A stretch of DNA of 64,000 bases from Octopus sinensis (GCF_006345805.1 NC_043000.1:41354001-41418000); one strand, 5' to 3'; shown: positions 1 to 13,175, counted from the stretch's first letter. Numbers and translations are program-made. Notes: generated by a model from the sequence alone, not told the origin.

Positions 1-338
1 GGTAGATTGAGTAAATTTTACTGTTTCAAGATTGAGCTGTCTAGATATTTGTTTTAGTTTGAGATCAGCAAAGCAATGTTATTCAGGCAACCATAGCCGA
101 ATTCAGTGTTATTGGTGTCGGAAAGTTTGTTGTATTTATGTATAATCGGGAAATGTTATCTTATTAAGAGTACGCAGTTCATAAGTAAATGTATGATTAA
201 ATCCATGTAGTAATATGGATTATACCACGTTACTTTCTTCTTGATTCTTCTGTTCTGATTGGTGCTCTTTTAAAAATGAGATATGAAATATGTCAACGAA
301 GATAGGTCTTTCTCGAAAGTTACCGGACAAAGTCAGTC

Positions 339-386
339 GATGTGATATTCGCTCTGCAGTGTGACAATCGCATGTTACATCGAAGT
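339..386 (+). pseudogene. Possible relic of a Penelope-type GIY-YIG endonuclease motif
   Basis: Translates DVIFALQCDNRML followed, after a 1-nt shift, by YIE; resembles the NVIYxIxCxxCxxxYIG motif. Very short; lies upstream of a pLTR-like repeat with a hammerhead-like motif. Confidence 0.3.
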
Positions 387-677
387 TCTTTCATCAGGTG
401 GTTTTTGATAACCAAAGCCATCACCTAACAGACTGATTACCTGCAACATCAGTAACCGCCTAACTATAACCCCAACCTACACCAGTATTTATTGAATTTA
501 TCTCTGCTTCACAGTTTAAACCGCTTAGTATTATGCTTCTACTATAGATGCATAAAGCACTTAATAGCAATGGATTGAAAATCTATCGGTCTATCTATCT
601 GTCTATCTATCTACCTATCTATCCATTTGTTTATCCGTCTGTATAAATGTGTATCTGTCTCTATGCATATATGTATA

Positions 678-1385
678 TATATCTAATGTAGGATAAAATT
701 TTTTCGAAAAAAATTATTTTCCAAAAAAAATTTTATCAATGGCCAGCATATTAAAAAATACCTATAAAGGTTAAATTCGTGTAGCGTGCGGATTGTGAAA
801 AAATTAATGGTTAATGGGCAATATGTCCAATTTTTCGGCATATTTGGCATTGAAAATGTTTTCGTTTGCCCTTATTTATGAATTGTTTATAAATTTAACC
901 TTTAAAGGTATTTTTTAATATGCTGGCCATTGATAAAATTTTTTTGGGAAAAGAATTTTTTTCGAAAAAATGTTTATCCTACATTAGATATAAATTTAAG
1001 CGTTCACTTCCGGACTCTTTCACTCTGTGAGAGCATCAATTCAAATCGCACGTGTCTCGAATGGGCTGGAGTATTTCTATTTTGGATGTATTTGGGGTAC
1101 TTAATTATGCTCATGACTTAGTGTTTGCTTCTTCCATGGGTATGAGTAAGTATCTCATTTATTTCTTTTGCCACATGTATCACTGACGAAGAGAGGGCTG
1201 TTATAAGCTAACCCTGAAATCGGTCCGATATGGTAATAATGGAATTTTTTAGAAATTTCTGTCGACCTTTTTTCGAGTAGCGTGCGGATTGTGAAAAAAT
1301 TAATGGTTAATGAGCAATATGTCCAATTTTTCGGCATATTTGGCATTGAAAATGTTTTCGTTTACCCTTATTTATGAATTGTATA
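678..1385. mobile_element. Penelope-like pseudo-LTR relic: ~100-bp inverted repeats (678-777 / 892-992) whose spacer recurs as a direct repeat at ~1273-1385
   Basis: Arms are near-perfect reverse complements (TCTAATGTAGGATAAA...AAAGGTTAAATT). The spacer GTAGCGTGCGGATTGTG...TTATGAATTG is repeated ~496 bp downstream, with a hammerhead-like motif between the copies. Confidence 0.55.
1178..1230 (+). ncRNA. Type I hammerhead-like motif (variant or degenerate)
   Basis: TATCA-CTGACGA-AGAG-AGGG..CCCT-GAAA-TCGGTC-CGATA: core intact, 4-nt insert before stem II, C15.2 to T change relative to the GAAACCGGTC seen in related copies (48030s and 60358 minus). Confidence 0.45.
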
Positions 1386-1398
1386 TGTATATATATGT

Positions 1399-1434
<36 letters not shown>

Positions 1435-1694
1435 TCACTCGCACAAACACACATACATGCATATACACATTTACGTATACGTAGAAAATGGTGAAGAGGT
1501 AGATTTACTGGAGTGGAGGATAGAATGTCTCACTTTGTTTCGACTCCCTATGCTCGGAGTGTAGATCCTGTCTATATCAAGTTAGCTTCTTTTCTTATTC
1601 GATAAAAGCGCATTATTCTAGGCCAGCGCATCAGTGAAATTCCTAAAATTTGTGCAAGATATCTTGCCAAATCGTTTTCTGCTGTTCATGCTTT

Positions 1695-2134
1695 TCACAT
1701 GTGCCGGTAAGGCGACACTGGCAACGATCACGCTAGAATGGTGCTTTTTGTGTGCCACCGGCACGGGATCCAATCCGTGGCCCCAGCAACGATCACGCCG
1801 TTCAAATGTGCTTTTAACGTTCCACTGGCACGAATGCCAATCAGGCGGTACTGTCATCGGACACGTCAGCGATTTTGATTTGATTTCACTTGCCTCAATA
1901 GGTCTTCGCAAACAGAGTTTATTGTCTAATGAAAGAGGGCTACTCATAACTGGGCTAGTTACACCCACTGACATAAGGCCATGGGCTATGATCTCACTTG
2001 GTTTGTCGAGTTTTCTCAAGCACAGCATATCCCCAATAGTTTCGGTCACTAGTCATTGCCTCGGTAAGGCCCAATGTTCGAAGGTCGTGCTTCACCACTT
2101 CATCCCAGGTTTTCCTGGGTCTACCTCTCCCACA
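1695..2134 (-). mobile_element. RTE-clade LINE 3' end (ORF2 C-terminus plus 3' UTR)
   Basis: Minus strand 2134-1994 reads CGRGRPRKTWDEVVKHDLRTLGLTEAMTSDRNYWGYAVLEKTRQTK*, the GRGRP..W C-terminal motif of RTE ORF2, followed by a UTR with GCCGGTGGCAC repeats. Confidence 0.8.
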
Positions 2135-2936
2135 TGCGTGGAATTAGAGAATTACACAATTTGCTAAGAAATGTCTTTACGGCCGGGTCAAATAGTGATG
2201 CTATGGGTTAGGGTGAGAGACAACGGTCACGAGTGATCAATATATATCCTGTCACGGCGCTTCTCATTGGATGATAATTCCACTTCCGCTACATTTAGAG
2301 CGATTCCGTCTTTGTGGGGGGGGGAATAGAACATGTAGGAGATATATAACAATAATTCAGTTTTATGTTATCAGTAATAAAGGATGCTTGAGCTGTGTTT
2401 TTGTACCATAGGTTGTGGTTCATTCGATAGTCATATACGATTTAGAATTGTGTGTATTTGGACATAATGCGCTCATAGTTTGTTAGTCATTCGTTACTCA
2501 TTAGTCATACATAGGTATGAATTTCTGTATGTGTTCGTGTTATATGTGATTTCAGAGTATCTATGTTGATTATCTTAATTTGTTATTTGCATTGTTGTTA
2601 ATTGAATCATTTTGTTATTGAAATGTATTTTAAATAATGCGGTAAGTTACGTAAATACACTAAATTCCATTTTCAAGTGATGGTGAGAGGCGAATACAGA
2701 CACAAAGGCGCACACACACACACACAAACGCACACACACACACACGTACGCACGCACACGCATGCAGATGCACGCACACACACACTCACTCTCTCACACA
2801 CACACACACTCACTCTCTCTCACACATACATACGCGCGCGCACACACACACACACGCACGCACACAAACACACACACACAAATAGATAGATTGATCAGAG
2901 GCAGCAAATGGAATTCGCGAAACTCTTTATTCAAAT

Positions 2937-3036
2937 CCACTACAAGTGTTTCGACTCATTCAGTCAATCTGCATTTGTACCTCACATTTGTTCAATTGTC
3001 TTGCATCACAAGTACAGACTGAATCTCCTCAGGTGA
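2937..3036 (-). ncRNA. Type I hammerhead ribozyme with extended stem II
   Basis: RNA: UCAC-CUGAGGA-GAUUC(AGUC..long arm..GACU-GAAU)GAGUC-GAAAC-ACUU-GUA-GUGG. All core nucleotides present; stem I is 4 bp including one G-U. Confidence 0.65.
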
Positions 3037-3503
3037 CTTTTTAAACTGGTACCTCACTCGTTCTTCTCTCCATTTCACCAAACACTGGTAAGATATATTT
3101 TTAGGAAGTCTGCTATATTTTAACACTTTTCATAAGAAACTGAGAGAAGACAGACTTTTACTTCTAAAAAGTCGTACAATGAAATAGACTTATAAAAATA
3201 TTGACAAATTAAACATAAAAGTATGAAAAGTATTATGTATGCCATGTATGTGATGCATCACATCAATGAGGCACAGATGCAAGAAAACAGGATGAGCCGA
3301 AACAATCGCGGTAATTTTGAATATAGAATCTCGTGAATTTCATTTTCTATGTGTGATCTAATAATATAATCTTCACACACACCAAGGAATTCCTGAAGTA
3401 AATCCAGTAGCTTATGTATTACTACTGATTTTGACATCAGGTAGCCAATAACTCTGAACGGGTTTTATACAGCATCTTACAAAGTTTAGACCTGGATATG
3501 ATG

Positions 3504-3535
<32 letters not shown>

Positions 3536-3580
3536 TATATATACATATATAATTATAAATAAGTGTATCTAAAAAATACA

Positions 3581-3830
3581 ACCATACTTGAAATAGCAGT
3601 CAAAACATGACTCTACAACCACATCAAGTGTTCAAAAAGAAGTATATATGTAATTATGTACAATTCTTGGTATATTTCATTGATGAAGGCAAAGTGGTTT
3701 TACACAGAGCTAGAATCCCAGGGTCTGAAATTATGCAATTTTTACTAGTTTATTTGCCTTTTCCCCTTGTGCTATATTGAACACTTGATGTGGTTTTAGA
3801 GTCAGGTTTTGACTGCTATTTCGAGCATGG
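3581..3830. repeat. ~55-bp inverted repeat pair (3581-3635 / 3777-3830)
   Basis: CCATACTTGAAATAGCAGTCAAAACATGACTC...GTGTTCAA matches the reverse complement of 3777-3830; a related sequence occurs at ~47755-47815. Confidence 0.6.
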
Positions 3831-3949
3831 AGTAACTCTTGGATATCCTTATTCATGATATAAATAATAACCCATATGATTTTTTTCTTCCCATGCTGCT
3901 TTATTTGATTGGTATTTAAAATAACGATCTTATCCTTATTTATATAGAA

Positions 3950-3988
<39 letters not shown>

Positions 3989-4272
3989 ATATATATATAT
4001 GTAGGTATATATTTATGTATGTATATATTTATGTATGTATGTATGTATGTTATATATATATATATATATATAAATATAGATATATATATATATATATATT
4101 ATATAATGTATACACACACACACACACACAACACACACACACACATATATATATATTAAATTCATATAAGTTGAAAGTAAACAAAGTTTGCTTTAGAAGT
4201 TTTGAGATGTATTGAAAGATACAGATAAGGAAATAATTTTATTCTCACACGCACGATAATGCTAATACTATA

Positions 4273-4462
4273 GCATGAACAGGATAAACTATCCATATTT
4301 TACAGAAATATTTGTCGGCAGCCTCCCATGAGACTCGAACTCACAGCCCTGTGATTACGCGTCAAGTGCTGTACCATTAAGCTAATCACAAGATGTGAGT
4401 CCGAGTCTTATGACTGACCGCCAACAGGTTTTTCTGCAAAATATGGATAGTATCTTGTTCGC
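4273..4462. mobile_element. Head-to-head inverted pair of tRNA-derived SINE-like heads
   Basis: Minus copy TAATCACAGGGCTGTGAGTTCGAGTCTCAT..AAAATATGGATAGT aligns with plus copy AATCACAAGATGTGAGTCCGAGTCTTAT..AAAATATGGATAGT. Confidence 0.6.
4321..4384 (-). pseudogene. tRNA-Thr(CGT)-like pseudogene or SINE head lacking the 5' acceptor strand
   Basis: TAGCTTAATGGT (A box), CGT in anticodon loop, T arm GTGAG-TTCGAGT-CTCAT (B box), 3' acceptor GGGAGGC. Anticodon stem is mismatched and the 5' acceptor strand is absent. Confidence 0.55.
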
Positions 4463-4544
4463 AGATATATATATATTATAATATATATATATATATATAT
4501 AATATATATACATATATACATATATACACACGCATATATACATA

Positions 4545-6115
4545 TTACACTGCAGTTCCTCTTCACTACCACTGCACAGTCCCCCTTTCAGAGTTTCCTT
4601 GCAACTGGCAAACTTCCAAGAAAACTGAAGGAGGGTAAAATATGCCCTATTCATAAAGGAGATAGCAAAGCGGAGGCGAAGAGCTACAGACCTATCTCTC
4701 TGACCTCGCACATCAGTAAGGTCATTGAACGAATTGTCAGAAGAAATCTAATCACCTTCTTTTAAGAAAATGACTTGCTGCCTGACACCCAACATGATTT
4801 CTGACCAGGAATAAGCTGCCTGACTCAGCTCTTACAACACTATGACTGGGTGTTGAAACAGCTTCTCAACCACTCAAATGTGGAAGGGATATATCTCGAC
4901 TTTGCAAAGGCCTTTGATAAAGTCGATCGTGGAATATGTCCCAAACTGCGTGATCTCGGCATAGTTGGAAAATTAGGAGAATGGCTTCATGACTTTCTGA
5001 AGGATAGAAGTCAGGGTGTAGTAGCCAATGGTGCTACCTCCAATGACATGCACATTATGAGCGGTGTTCATAATGGTCCTCTCAGACATGCTGTCAGCCA
5101 CACAGAGAATCACGATCACAAGTTATGCAGATGATACAAAAGTCTCACAGGTAATACAGAACCCTGAATGCACTATGCACCTGCAACGTGAGCTGGATGA
5201 AATAAACAAGTTGGCTGAAAAGAATAGCATGCAGTTTAATGCTGAAAAGTTTCAAGCCTTGTGCTATCAGCATGCAAAACTAAATGCAATACCCATTAAA
5301 TACACTGGACCTGGGGGGATTGCAATCCCAGAGACACAGTCAGTGCGAGACCTGGGCATTTACATGAGTAATGATGCATCCTTTCATGTGCATGTTGCTA
5401 AATTGGCAATGAAATGCAGGCGGCTGACCGGATCTATTCTTAGAACAAGAGATCAGGTAACAATGATGGTCCTCTGGAGGACACTTGTCCTAAGCCACTT
5501 TGACTATTACTCTTAGCTATGGTCACCAACCAGTGTCAAATTTATCGCAAAACTTGAGGCCATCCAACGAAGCTACACGAAGAAGATAGCCTCTATGCAG
5601 CACATAAGCTATTGGGAAAGACTCAATAGATTAAGACTATTCCTTAGAGCGTAGGCGAGAAAAATATGCCATAAAATACATCTGGAAGATCGTGGAAGGA
5701 CTTGTCCCAAACTTTGGCATCGAGGGTTATGCAGACACTAGAATTGTGCGCCACTGCATAGTGGCAAGGACTCCAAATTTGCCATCAAGATGTAGGACAA
5801 GATACTGCAATAGCCTGGGTTTCAGAGATCCACAACTCTTCAATATCCTCCCGAAGGATCTGAGAGACCTGCATTGGGTGGATGTAGGTGTCTTCAAAAT
5901 AAAGCTGAACCTCTTTCCTGTCAAGTGTTCCAGATGAACCAACTTCGCGGCAGGAGGTGCAGATGAGGGCAGCTGCTTCAAACTCTCTCATGCACCAAAT
6001 TCAATCCCTAAAAAGCATTCGTGAAGTAAAATTATGTAGCAACACCAAATGGCGGTGCCCCAGCAAGGCCACAGCTCGTGAGCTGAAACTAAATAAAATA
6101 AATATAAATAAATAA
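4545..6115 (+). mobile_element. 5'-truncated CR1-group LINE, decayed reverse transcriptase
   Basis: Motifs YRPISLTSHISKVIE, IYLDFAKAFDKVD, SYADDTK, VRDLG; stops and frameshifts; ends in an (AAAT)-like tail. Confidence 0.9.
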
Positions 6116-6360
6116 AAAATATATAATGAAAATATGAAAATATAAAGCATACAAGTAACAAGGATATCCAGGTATTAGTGCATTACGGCCGTTTCAAGGG
6201 ACTCCTTTTAATCGATTGTAATGAACTGGTACCTGGACATCCGAGTTGCTTATTTGCTTTTTATACACCTAACTTTGAGATGTGCAGACCATACTAGACT
6301 GACTTGGTTCCTCAGCTTAAATACCTAATTCAACTGAATCTTAATTACTCTATATATATA

Positions 6361-6426
<66 letters not shown>

Positions 6427-7909
6427 GACTGTTCTTTTGTTTCCGTTTCCGTCTACCAAATCCATTCACAAGGCTTTGGTTAGCCCGAGGCCGAGGCTAT
6501 TGTAGAAGACACTTGTGCAAGGTGCCACATTTCTTATCACACACATACGCCTACATGAATGGTTCGTGGTATTTATTTGTAGAATTATTTTAGTTGCTTT
6601 TTTATTAACGGTTCTTAGGTTAGAGACTTACTAGAATTGTTAAGAATACTAAGTTAGTTAGAGATATCTCTTTTTGGATTACTCTGGTTTAGATAATATA
6701 ATCTGAAGGTGAGAAACATGGCTTAACATGTTAATTCGATAATTTAAAGTAACTACAGTGCAATTATCACTTTTGTTTCTTCTACATTACACAAATGTAA
6801 TCAATACACTTTAGTTTTAGAGCGCGTAGCGCATGGCATGATTATTCTGTGTAAGCTAAAAGAAAATAATTACACTAGGTAACATGTGCTTTGTTTATTT
6901 TAAGTTTTTGTTGTATTTAAATATTTTGAGCGCAAAGCACACCAATTATCATAGTTTCCACCTGTCATCTATACTATTAAAAATAGTCTTTTTTTAATAT
7001 TTTTTATTTGTATAATGCAAATTTCACTTAGGGCAGGGGTCGGCAACAGGTGACTGTTAACGCTGGTCTTATTCTTAAATTTTTTCTAATTTATTTGTGA
7101 AATATTCAGCAGTTGATGTAGTTTAGGTACTATTTTGTTATGCCTTTTTGTGAAACATTTTACTTACATAATCATTGACAAGGTTAGTGAAATGTGAATA
7201 CATGAACAATGCTTACAAGTATATATACATACATACACATACACACAAACATGTGTGCATGCGTGTGTGTGAGAGTATATGTCTTTGTGTGTGAGAGTAT
7301 ATGTCTTTGTGTGTGAGAGTATATGTCTGTGTGTCTGTGCGTGAGTGTGTGTTGCACGCTTGTGTATGCATATGTATTACATCACACAATATACAACACG
7401 TGTAAGATGACAAGTTGAGAGTCGTTGCCACTCCGTGCAAGAGGCTTTGTGGTGTTTCGTCTGTCTTTACGTTCTGAGTTCAAATCTACTTGAGAAGATA
7501 TAATCGACTTATCCCCACCTCAAAAATTTAGACCTTATGTTTACAGTAGAGAGAACTATTAATATACGTAAGGTAAACTAGCAGAATCGATGGCATGTCG
7601 CTTTTTTTATATATAAAAAACGTACTCGGATCGATTCGTTCGCCTAAATTTCTTCAAGGTGGTTCTCCAGCATAGTCGGAGTCTAATGACTGAAACATGT
7701 ACAAAAAATGTACATGCATACATACACACATGCATGCAAACACACATACTCATACACACACATACTCACACACACACACATATATTTGTGTGCGGGAGAA
7801 TTTCCGCAGCGGCAGATCTTTTCACATCCGATTATACTCGAAAATGTTAGGTATCACTTTACACGAATACATATGTATGTATGTATGTATATGTATGTAT
7901 GTATGTATG

Positions 7910-7941
<32 letters not shown>

Positions 7942-8027
7942 TGTATGTATGTATATGTGAGTGTATAAGGTACATTCCAAAGCCGTGAAACGTTTCAGAA
8001 GAGACACTTACTCATTTCAACAGAAGG

Positions 8028-8300
8028 AGCACGGTCTGGATTGTAGGGAAGTTGAGGGACAGTTTCCATGCCCATCTTTCTCAAGTAGTTGGTAACCAAG
8101 ATGGAATCCAAGATTGGTGCATGGTCCTGGAGCAGGTAATCCAACCTTCTGCGACTAAATTACTCTCACTGAACTCCCTCGAAACCTCAACATAGTACAC
8201 GATTGACCGTCTAGCCAGAGAGAACCCAGTAGACGTAAATGATGCACTTGCTGTCGAAAAAGGGATCATCATGACCCTTCCGGTAGATTAGCTTGCTTTC
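8028..8300 (-). mobile_element. mariner transposase relic
   Basis: Minus strand: KVMMIPF.DSK...YYVEV and QDHAPILDSILVTNYLRKMGMETVPQLPYNPDRAPS, matching the HQDNAP and PYSPDLAP motifs. Confidence 0.8.
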
Positions 8301-8651
8301 CTTCTTGTGGTAGTGAAAGACAGATGTTCAGTGCATACTAGTGTATCCATAAGCAGTCTGGAACATTTTATAAATGCCTAGTTTAAAACAAAAGTTTAAT
8401 GCATAGCGAGTTTCCAAATTCTCTCCACGTCCTGAGTGTATTCTGAAAACTAGTCAACTGTGACAAGCATTGTTTTATAGGATGTATTCAAAATGTTATT
8501 ACTGCCATCTCTTTCAGTCTGGAATAACGAAAGTTGGCAGATCAGCTTATTAGATGAATAGTAAGGATATATTAAAATTACAGTAAACTAGAACAGTTAT
8601 TACTGCTTCTCCTAACAAATCTCAAATTTTCTGGGATGCACCGCGTATGTA

Positions 8652-8692
<41 letters not shown>

Positions 8693-8693
<1 letters not shown>

Positions 8694-9431
8694 GGATCTT
8701 TTCACTTTTGACCCGTAGATTTTTAAAATAATTTCTTTGTAACTAAACACTTTTAAACTTCGTATACTGGTAGAATGTGTCACATAAAACATCTTTTTCT
8801 CTTGGCGTTCTTGAGAAAATTATGTAGTTTGTAAGCTATTTCTTGTTTAATTTCTTGTATTTCGGCAATTTCAACCAATCAATGACGTCTATTGAGGTGA
8901 ATACAATTACTGCTGTTGCTTGCCAACAAATTCAAAGACAACTTCCAGTGGTGTCTATTTCGAGATCGATACTCGGGTCATAATTATGGGTGGACACTAA
9001 ATGAGGGAACCGTTTTGTTATCCAGCTCTGTTTACGAGCGATCTCTCAGTTTATGGCCACAAAATGTTTATATTTGCAGCTTATATCCATTTCTGAAGAA
9101 AAAAGATACCCTTCCCCCCATCCCTAACCCTAACCCTGACCCCACATATGTAAAAAAAAAAAAATTATGGAAAGTGACGATCGGAAGTTGTTGAATTTGT
9201 TGGCAAGTAACAGCAGTAATTATATTCACATCAATAGACGTCATTGATTGGTTGAAATTGCCGAAATACAAGAAATTAAACAAGAAATAGCTTACAAACT
9301 ACATAATTTTCTCAAGAACGCCGAGAGAAAAAGATGTTTTATGTGACACATTCTACCAGTATACGAAGTTTAAAAGTGTTTAGTTACAAAGAAATTATTT
9401 TTAAAATCTACCGGTCAAAGTGAAAAGATCC

Positions 9432-9432
<1 letters not shown>
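8693..9432. mobile_element. MITE with ~250-bp terminal inverted repeats, TA-flanked (Tc1/mariner-type target)
   Basis: TA|TGGATCTTTTCAC...GTGAAAAGATCCA|TA; arms 8693-8947 and 9182-9432 are near-identical reverse complements; the core contains CCCTAACCCTAACCCTGACCC. Confidence 0.9.
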
Positions 9433-9474
<42 letters not shown>

Positions 9475-10299
9475 CGATCATACATGGGTCTCCGTACATA
9501 TGTATGTACACGCCGGGCAGCACAATTACCAGCCTTCAAAGTTCCCTCAGAAAATATCAACGAGGTTGTGAAGTGGAATCGAACCCGGATGCAAACGGTT
9601 CCGAAGTGGACACCAATAGAGATATGCGGACATCATTCTAGAACAGAAAAATTAGGTACCAAAGCAGTCTTCTTTTTCTTTCCCACTTTTTGTATTCCTT
9701 TCTACCTATCTTTCTCTCTTTGCTAGTCATTTCAAATCGTGAGGAAGTCAATAAAGTAAGAGTAATGAATTAATTTGGGTCCCGTAAATATTTACTCCGG
9801 CATTCATTTCAGGAAACCAATCTGTTAAAACAACGGAAAAGGTGGGTGGACGAAATCTTAGAAGTAGGAAAGAATATAGCCTTGCATAACGGACGTATTC
9901 TTTTTACCTATTGATTTTCAAACACTACAAATGTAATTGTGTTATTCATAGTATCATAGCTGAGAAACTCGGAAACGTCTCAGTTATGTACTGACAAAGG
10001 GTCAATCTTCTATATACACAATCCTAAAATTAAACGTTTGTCTCTTCGAAATGTACTCAATAAATATACAGAGAATGAAAAGCCAACTAACTAGTTGTTT
10101 AAAAATAATATTCAGTATCAAAGGGATTTATAAAAGTCCAACAATATTTACATATAACTTTTGTACAAAAATACACATATCACACATAAAATTACAATGC
10201 AAATTTAAAGTCAACCTACGCTTCTGTATGTGTGTGTGGTGGGTGCGCGTGTGCGTATGTATGAATGTCAGTGTGTACACGTTAGTGTGTGTGTGTATG

Positions 10300-10334
10300 A
10301 AATGCGTATGTATATATGTATATATATATATGCA

Positions 10335-10379
<45 letters not shown>

Positions 10380-10482
10380 GCACACGCATACATGTATACT
10401 TATATATAGACACACATATACATAAGTACGTCTATATATGCGAGGTGTGTGCATGTATGTGTGTATGTGTGTGTGTTGTGTA

Positions 10483-10513
<31 letters not shown>

Positions 10514-10835
10514 TGTGTGCTTCTGTATTGCAAAACACTCCAAGAATATCTAAAAGTAAGTATAAAGGACAAAACATTTAGAAATAGATCTTGAGAGCCA
10601 AGTTTCTGCACATGCGCAAATAGTAAAGGAAAGTTCCTCTCTAAAATAATATGAAATAGAAGGAGAAAACTAAGAAAAACAAATGAGACTATTGTTAATA
10701 ACCGGTCTGAATTGATATATCTATGAATTTTCATGAGAAAATGTGCAGCAGCCTGTGTTCATGAATACACAACACAGTTATTCACCACGCAGGTACACAC
10801 GCATAACACAAAGGTAGACAAAATTAATAAGCATG

Positions 10836-10871
<36 letters not shown>

Positions 10872-10920
10872 TATATATATAATATATATATATATAATAT
10901 ATAAATATATATATATATAT

Positions 10921-10960
<40 letters not shown>

Positions 10961-11016
10961 GTGTATTTGTGTATGTATTTATGTATATTATTATACATTA
11001 TATGTATATACATATG

Positions 11017-11090
<74 letters not shown>

Positions 11091-11349
11091 ATATATGTAT
11101 GTATGTATATATATATATGTACATATATGTGCATATATATACACATGTACATACATACACACACACATATATATATATATATGTATATCTGTATGGATAT
11201 GCACATCACATACACACACAAATATATATATATCTACATACATACATACGTACAAATATATATATAAATATATGTTGTATATATAAGTATATATATATAT
11301 GTGTGTATATAGATATATCTATATGCCTGTATATATATATATATAATAT

Positions 11350-11384
<35 letters not shown>

Positions 11385-11428
11385 CGGAGAGAGAGAGAGA
11401 GCGAGAGAGAGAGAGAGAGAGAGAGATC

Positions 11429-11504
<76 letters not shown>

Positions 11505-11570
11505 TGCAAAAAGCCACAAACACATGCATACAGATATACACATACGTGGATACATAAGTATATACACACA
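10300..11570. repeat. Compound microsatellite field (TA)n, (CA/TG)n, (GA)n, (GATA)n
   Basis: Directly visible; representative of many such arrays across the window (e.g. 42170-43500, 54060-54470). Confidence 0.95.
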
Positions 11571-11924
11571 TCTCTATCGACCCGCTCGCGTGCGCACACT
11601 CGCGAAGTCTCGCTTAAAAACACAGAAGCACATGTATGCCTAAACCTGTGTACGGATGAGTAGGTGCGTGTGAGTGGGTGCGTGTGAATGACTGTGTACG
11701 TATATGTGACGCTTTAAATGTATATATATGAGCACACCTTTGTGTATATGTATCTGTGTATCGATGTGCGCGCTTATTATTGACATTTCTGTTGTTCTCC
11801 ATTTTTTTTTATGGCTGTGGATTCTCGGTTTCGATAGTTTCCCTGATCATCATCATCATCGTCATCACCGCTGCCACTATCGTCGTCGTCATCATCGTTA
11901 TTTTTTTTATTGTTATTGCTGTCG

Positions 11925-12235
11925 TTAAGGCAGTGAGCTGACAGAATCTTCAACACGCCTTGTTTTTAAAACTGGTATTTATTCTATATGTGTCTCTTTG
12001 GAAAAAGCACTAAGTTACGGGACTTAAACACACCAACACCGCTTGACAAGCGATGGTGGTGGAGAAACACAAACAGAAACACACACAAACACACACAAAG
12101 ACACACACATATACATAACAGGCTTCTCGCTGTTTCCGAATACCAAATATATGCAGGCTTTGGTCGACACGAGGTTATAGCAGAATATACTTGCCCTATG
12201 CATCACACAAGAATGGAATTGAACCCTAAATCATG
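11925..12235 (-). mobile_element. Diverged copy of tRNA-derived SINE type A
   Basis: Matches segments of the fuller copies at 16686-17097 and 37134-37505. Confidence 0.6.
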
Positions 12236-12273
12236 TAGTTGAGGAGCATACTTATGAGACAGCCACGCCTGCG

Positions 12274-12336
<63 letters not shown>

Positions 12337-13061
12337 GAGTGTGTGTGGTGTGTGTGGTGTGTGGTGTATAAAACAAATCAAAAAAATGGAACAAGAAGTT
12401 AACGGGTGAGACTACAACATACGGACAGTTACACGATACAAAGGACAGGAAAAAATAAAGACGGGTCATTCGGAGCTTTCAATCTTCAGTCGATTACCAG
12501 ATCTTCTTTGCAGTTTCGGCCGGTTATTCTTGAGACATCTAAACTAGGAGCACTACATTCTTTGGAAGAAAGCAAGGGAATGTATACGAAAACAACGGAT
12601 AAATTGTACGCAGTTACAAATACAAACAACAGGACATTAACAACAGGTGTCTTTCGACTAAGGGCGAATTGAATTAAGCTGGCGTGTGTAGAAGTGAAGC
12701 CTTACAGCAGGAACATAGGAGACGAAAGTCATGAGAAGGAATAAAAGAGATGATAGTCGAATCAAGAAATAAAGGTCAGGCTTGTCCGAACGCTGGTCAT
12801 GTTGAAGAAGAGGAGAGAGGTAGTGGGTAGAGGGATTGAAGAATTAGGGAGAGACGAAAAAGAGAAAAAAAGGAGCAGAGTGAGGTAAAGGAAGGGGGGA
12901 AATGATGACAATGAAGGGAAGACCAAGAAATGTGAAAAGGAGTGGGAGCGAGAAAAAGAAAAGTAGAAGGAACGAAGAAAGTGTGAAGGGGGCTAAAGGA
13001 AAAAGTAAAAGAGCGGTACAGAACATACACACACACACATATATATATATTCATAGACACA

Positions 13062-13110
<49 letters not shown>

Positions 13111-13175
13111 ATGTATGAATGTATGAATGTGTGTGTATGTATGAATATAGATATAAATAAAATGCAGAATTATAT

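Noticed and set aside
1618-2167. Overlapping 143-aa and 177-aa ORFs
   Set aside because: Off-frame and antisense readings of an RTE 3' end and UTR; the real frame is 2134-1994 on the minus strand.
4321-4384. Functional tRNA-Thr gene
   Set aside because: 5' acceptor strand missing, anticodon stem mismatched, and part of an inverted SINE-like pair.
7031-7050. hAT-like TIR (CAGGGGTCGGCAAC)
   Set aside because: Only one short end visible; no partner TIR or target duplication found.
10051-11623. Stack of overlapping 80-160 aa ORFs rich in YI, CV, TH
   Set aside because: Translations of (TA)n, (TG)n and (CA)n microsatellites, which lack stop codons; the same applies at 42146-43480, 54015-54481 and 55884-56198.
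12460-12500. Hammerhead-like CTGAAGA..GAATGACCCGTC (minus); similar relics at 1525-1560, 36800-36840, 50210-50260
   Set aside because: Core or stems too degraded to support a call.
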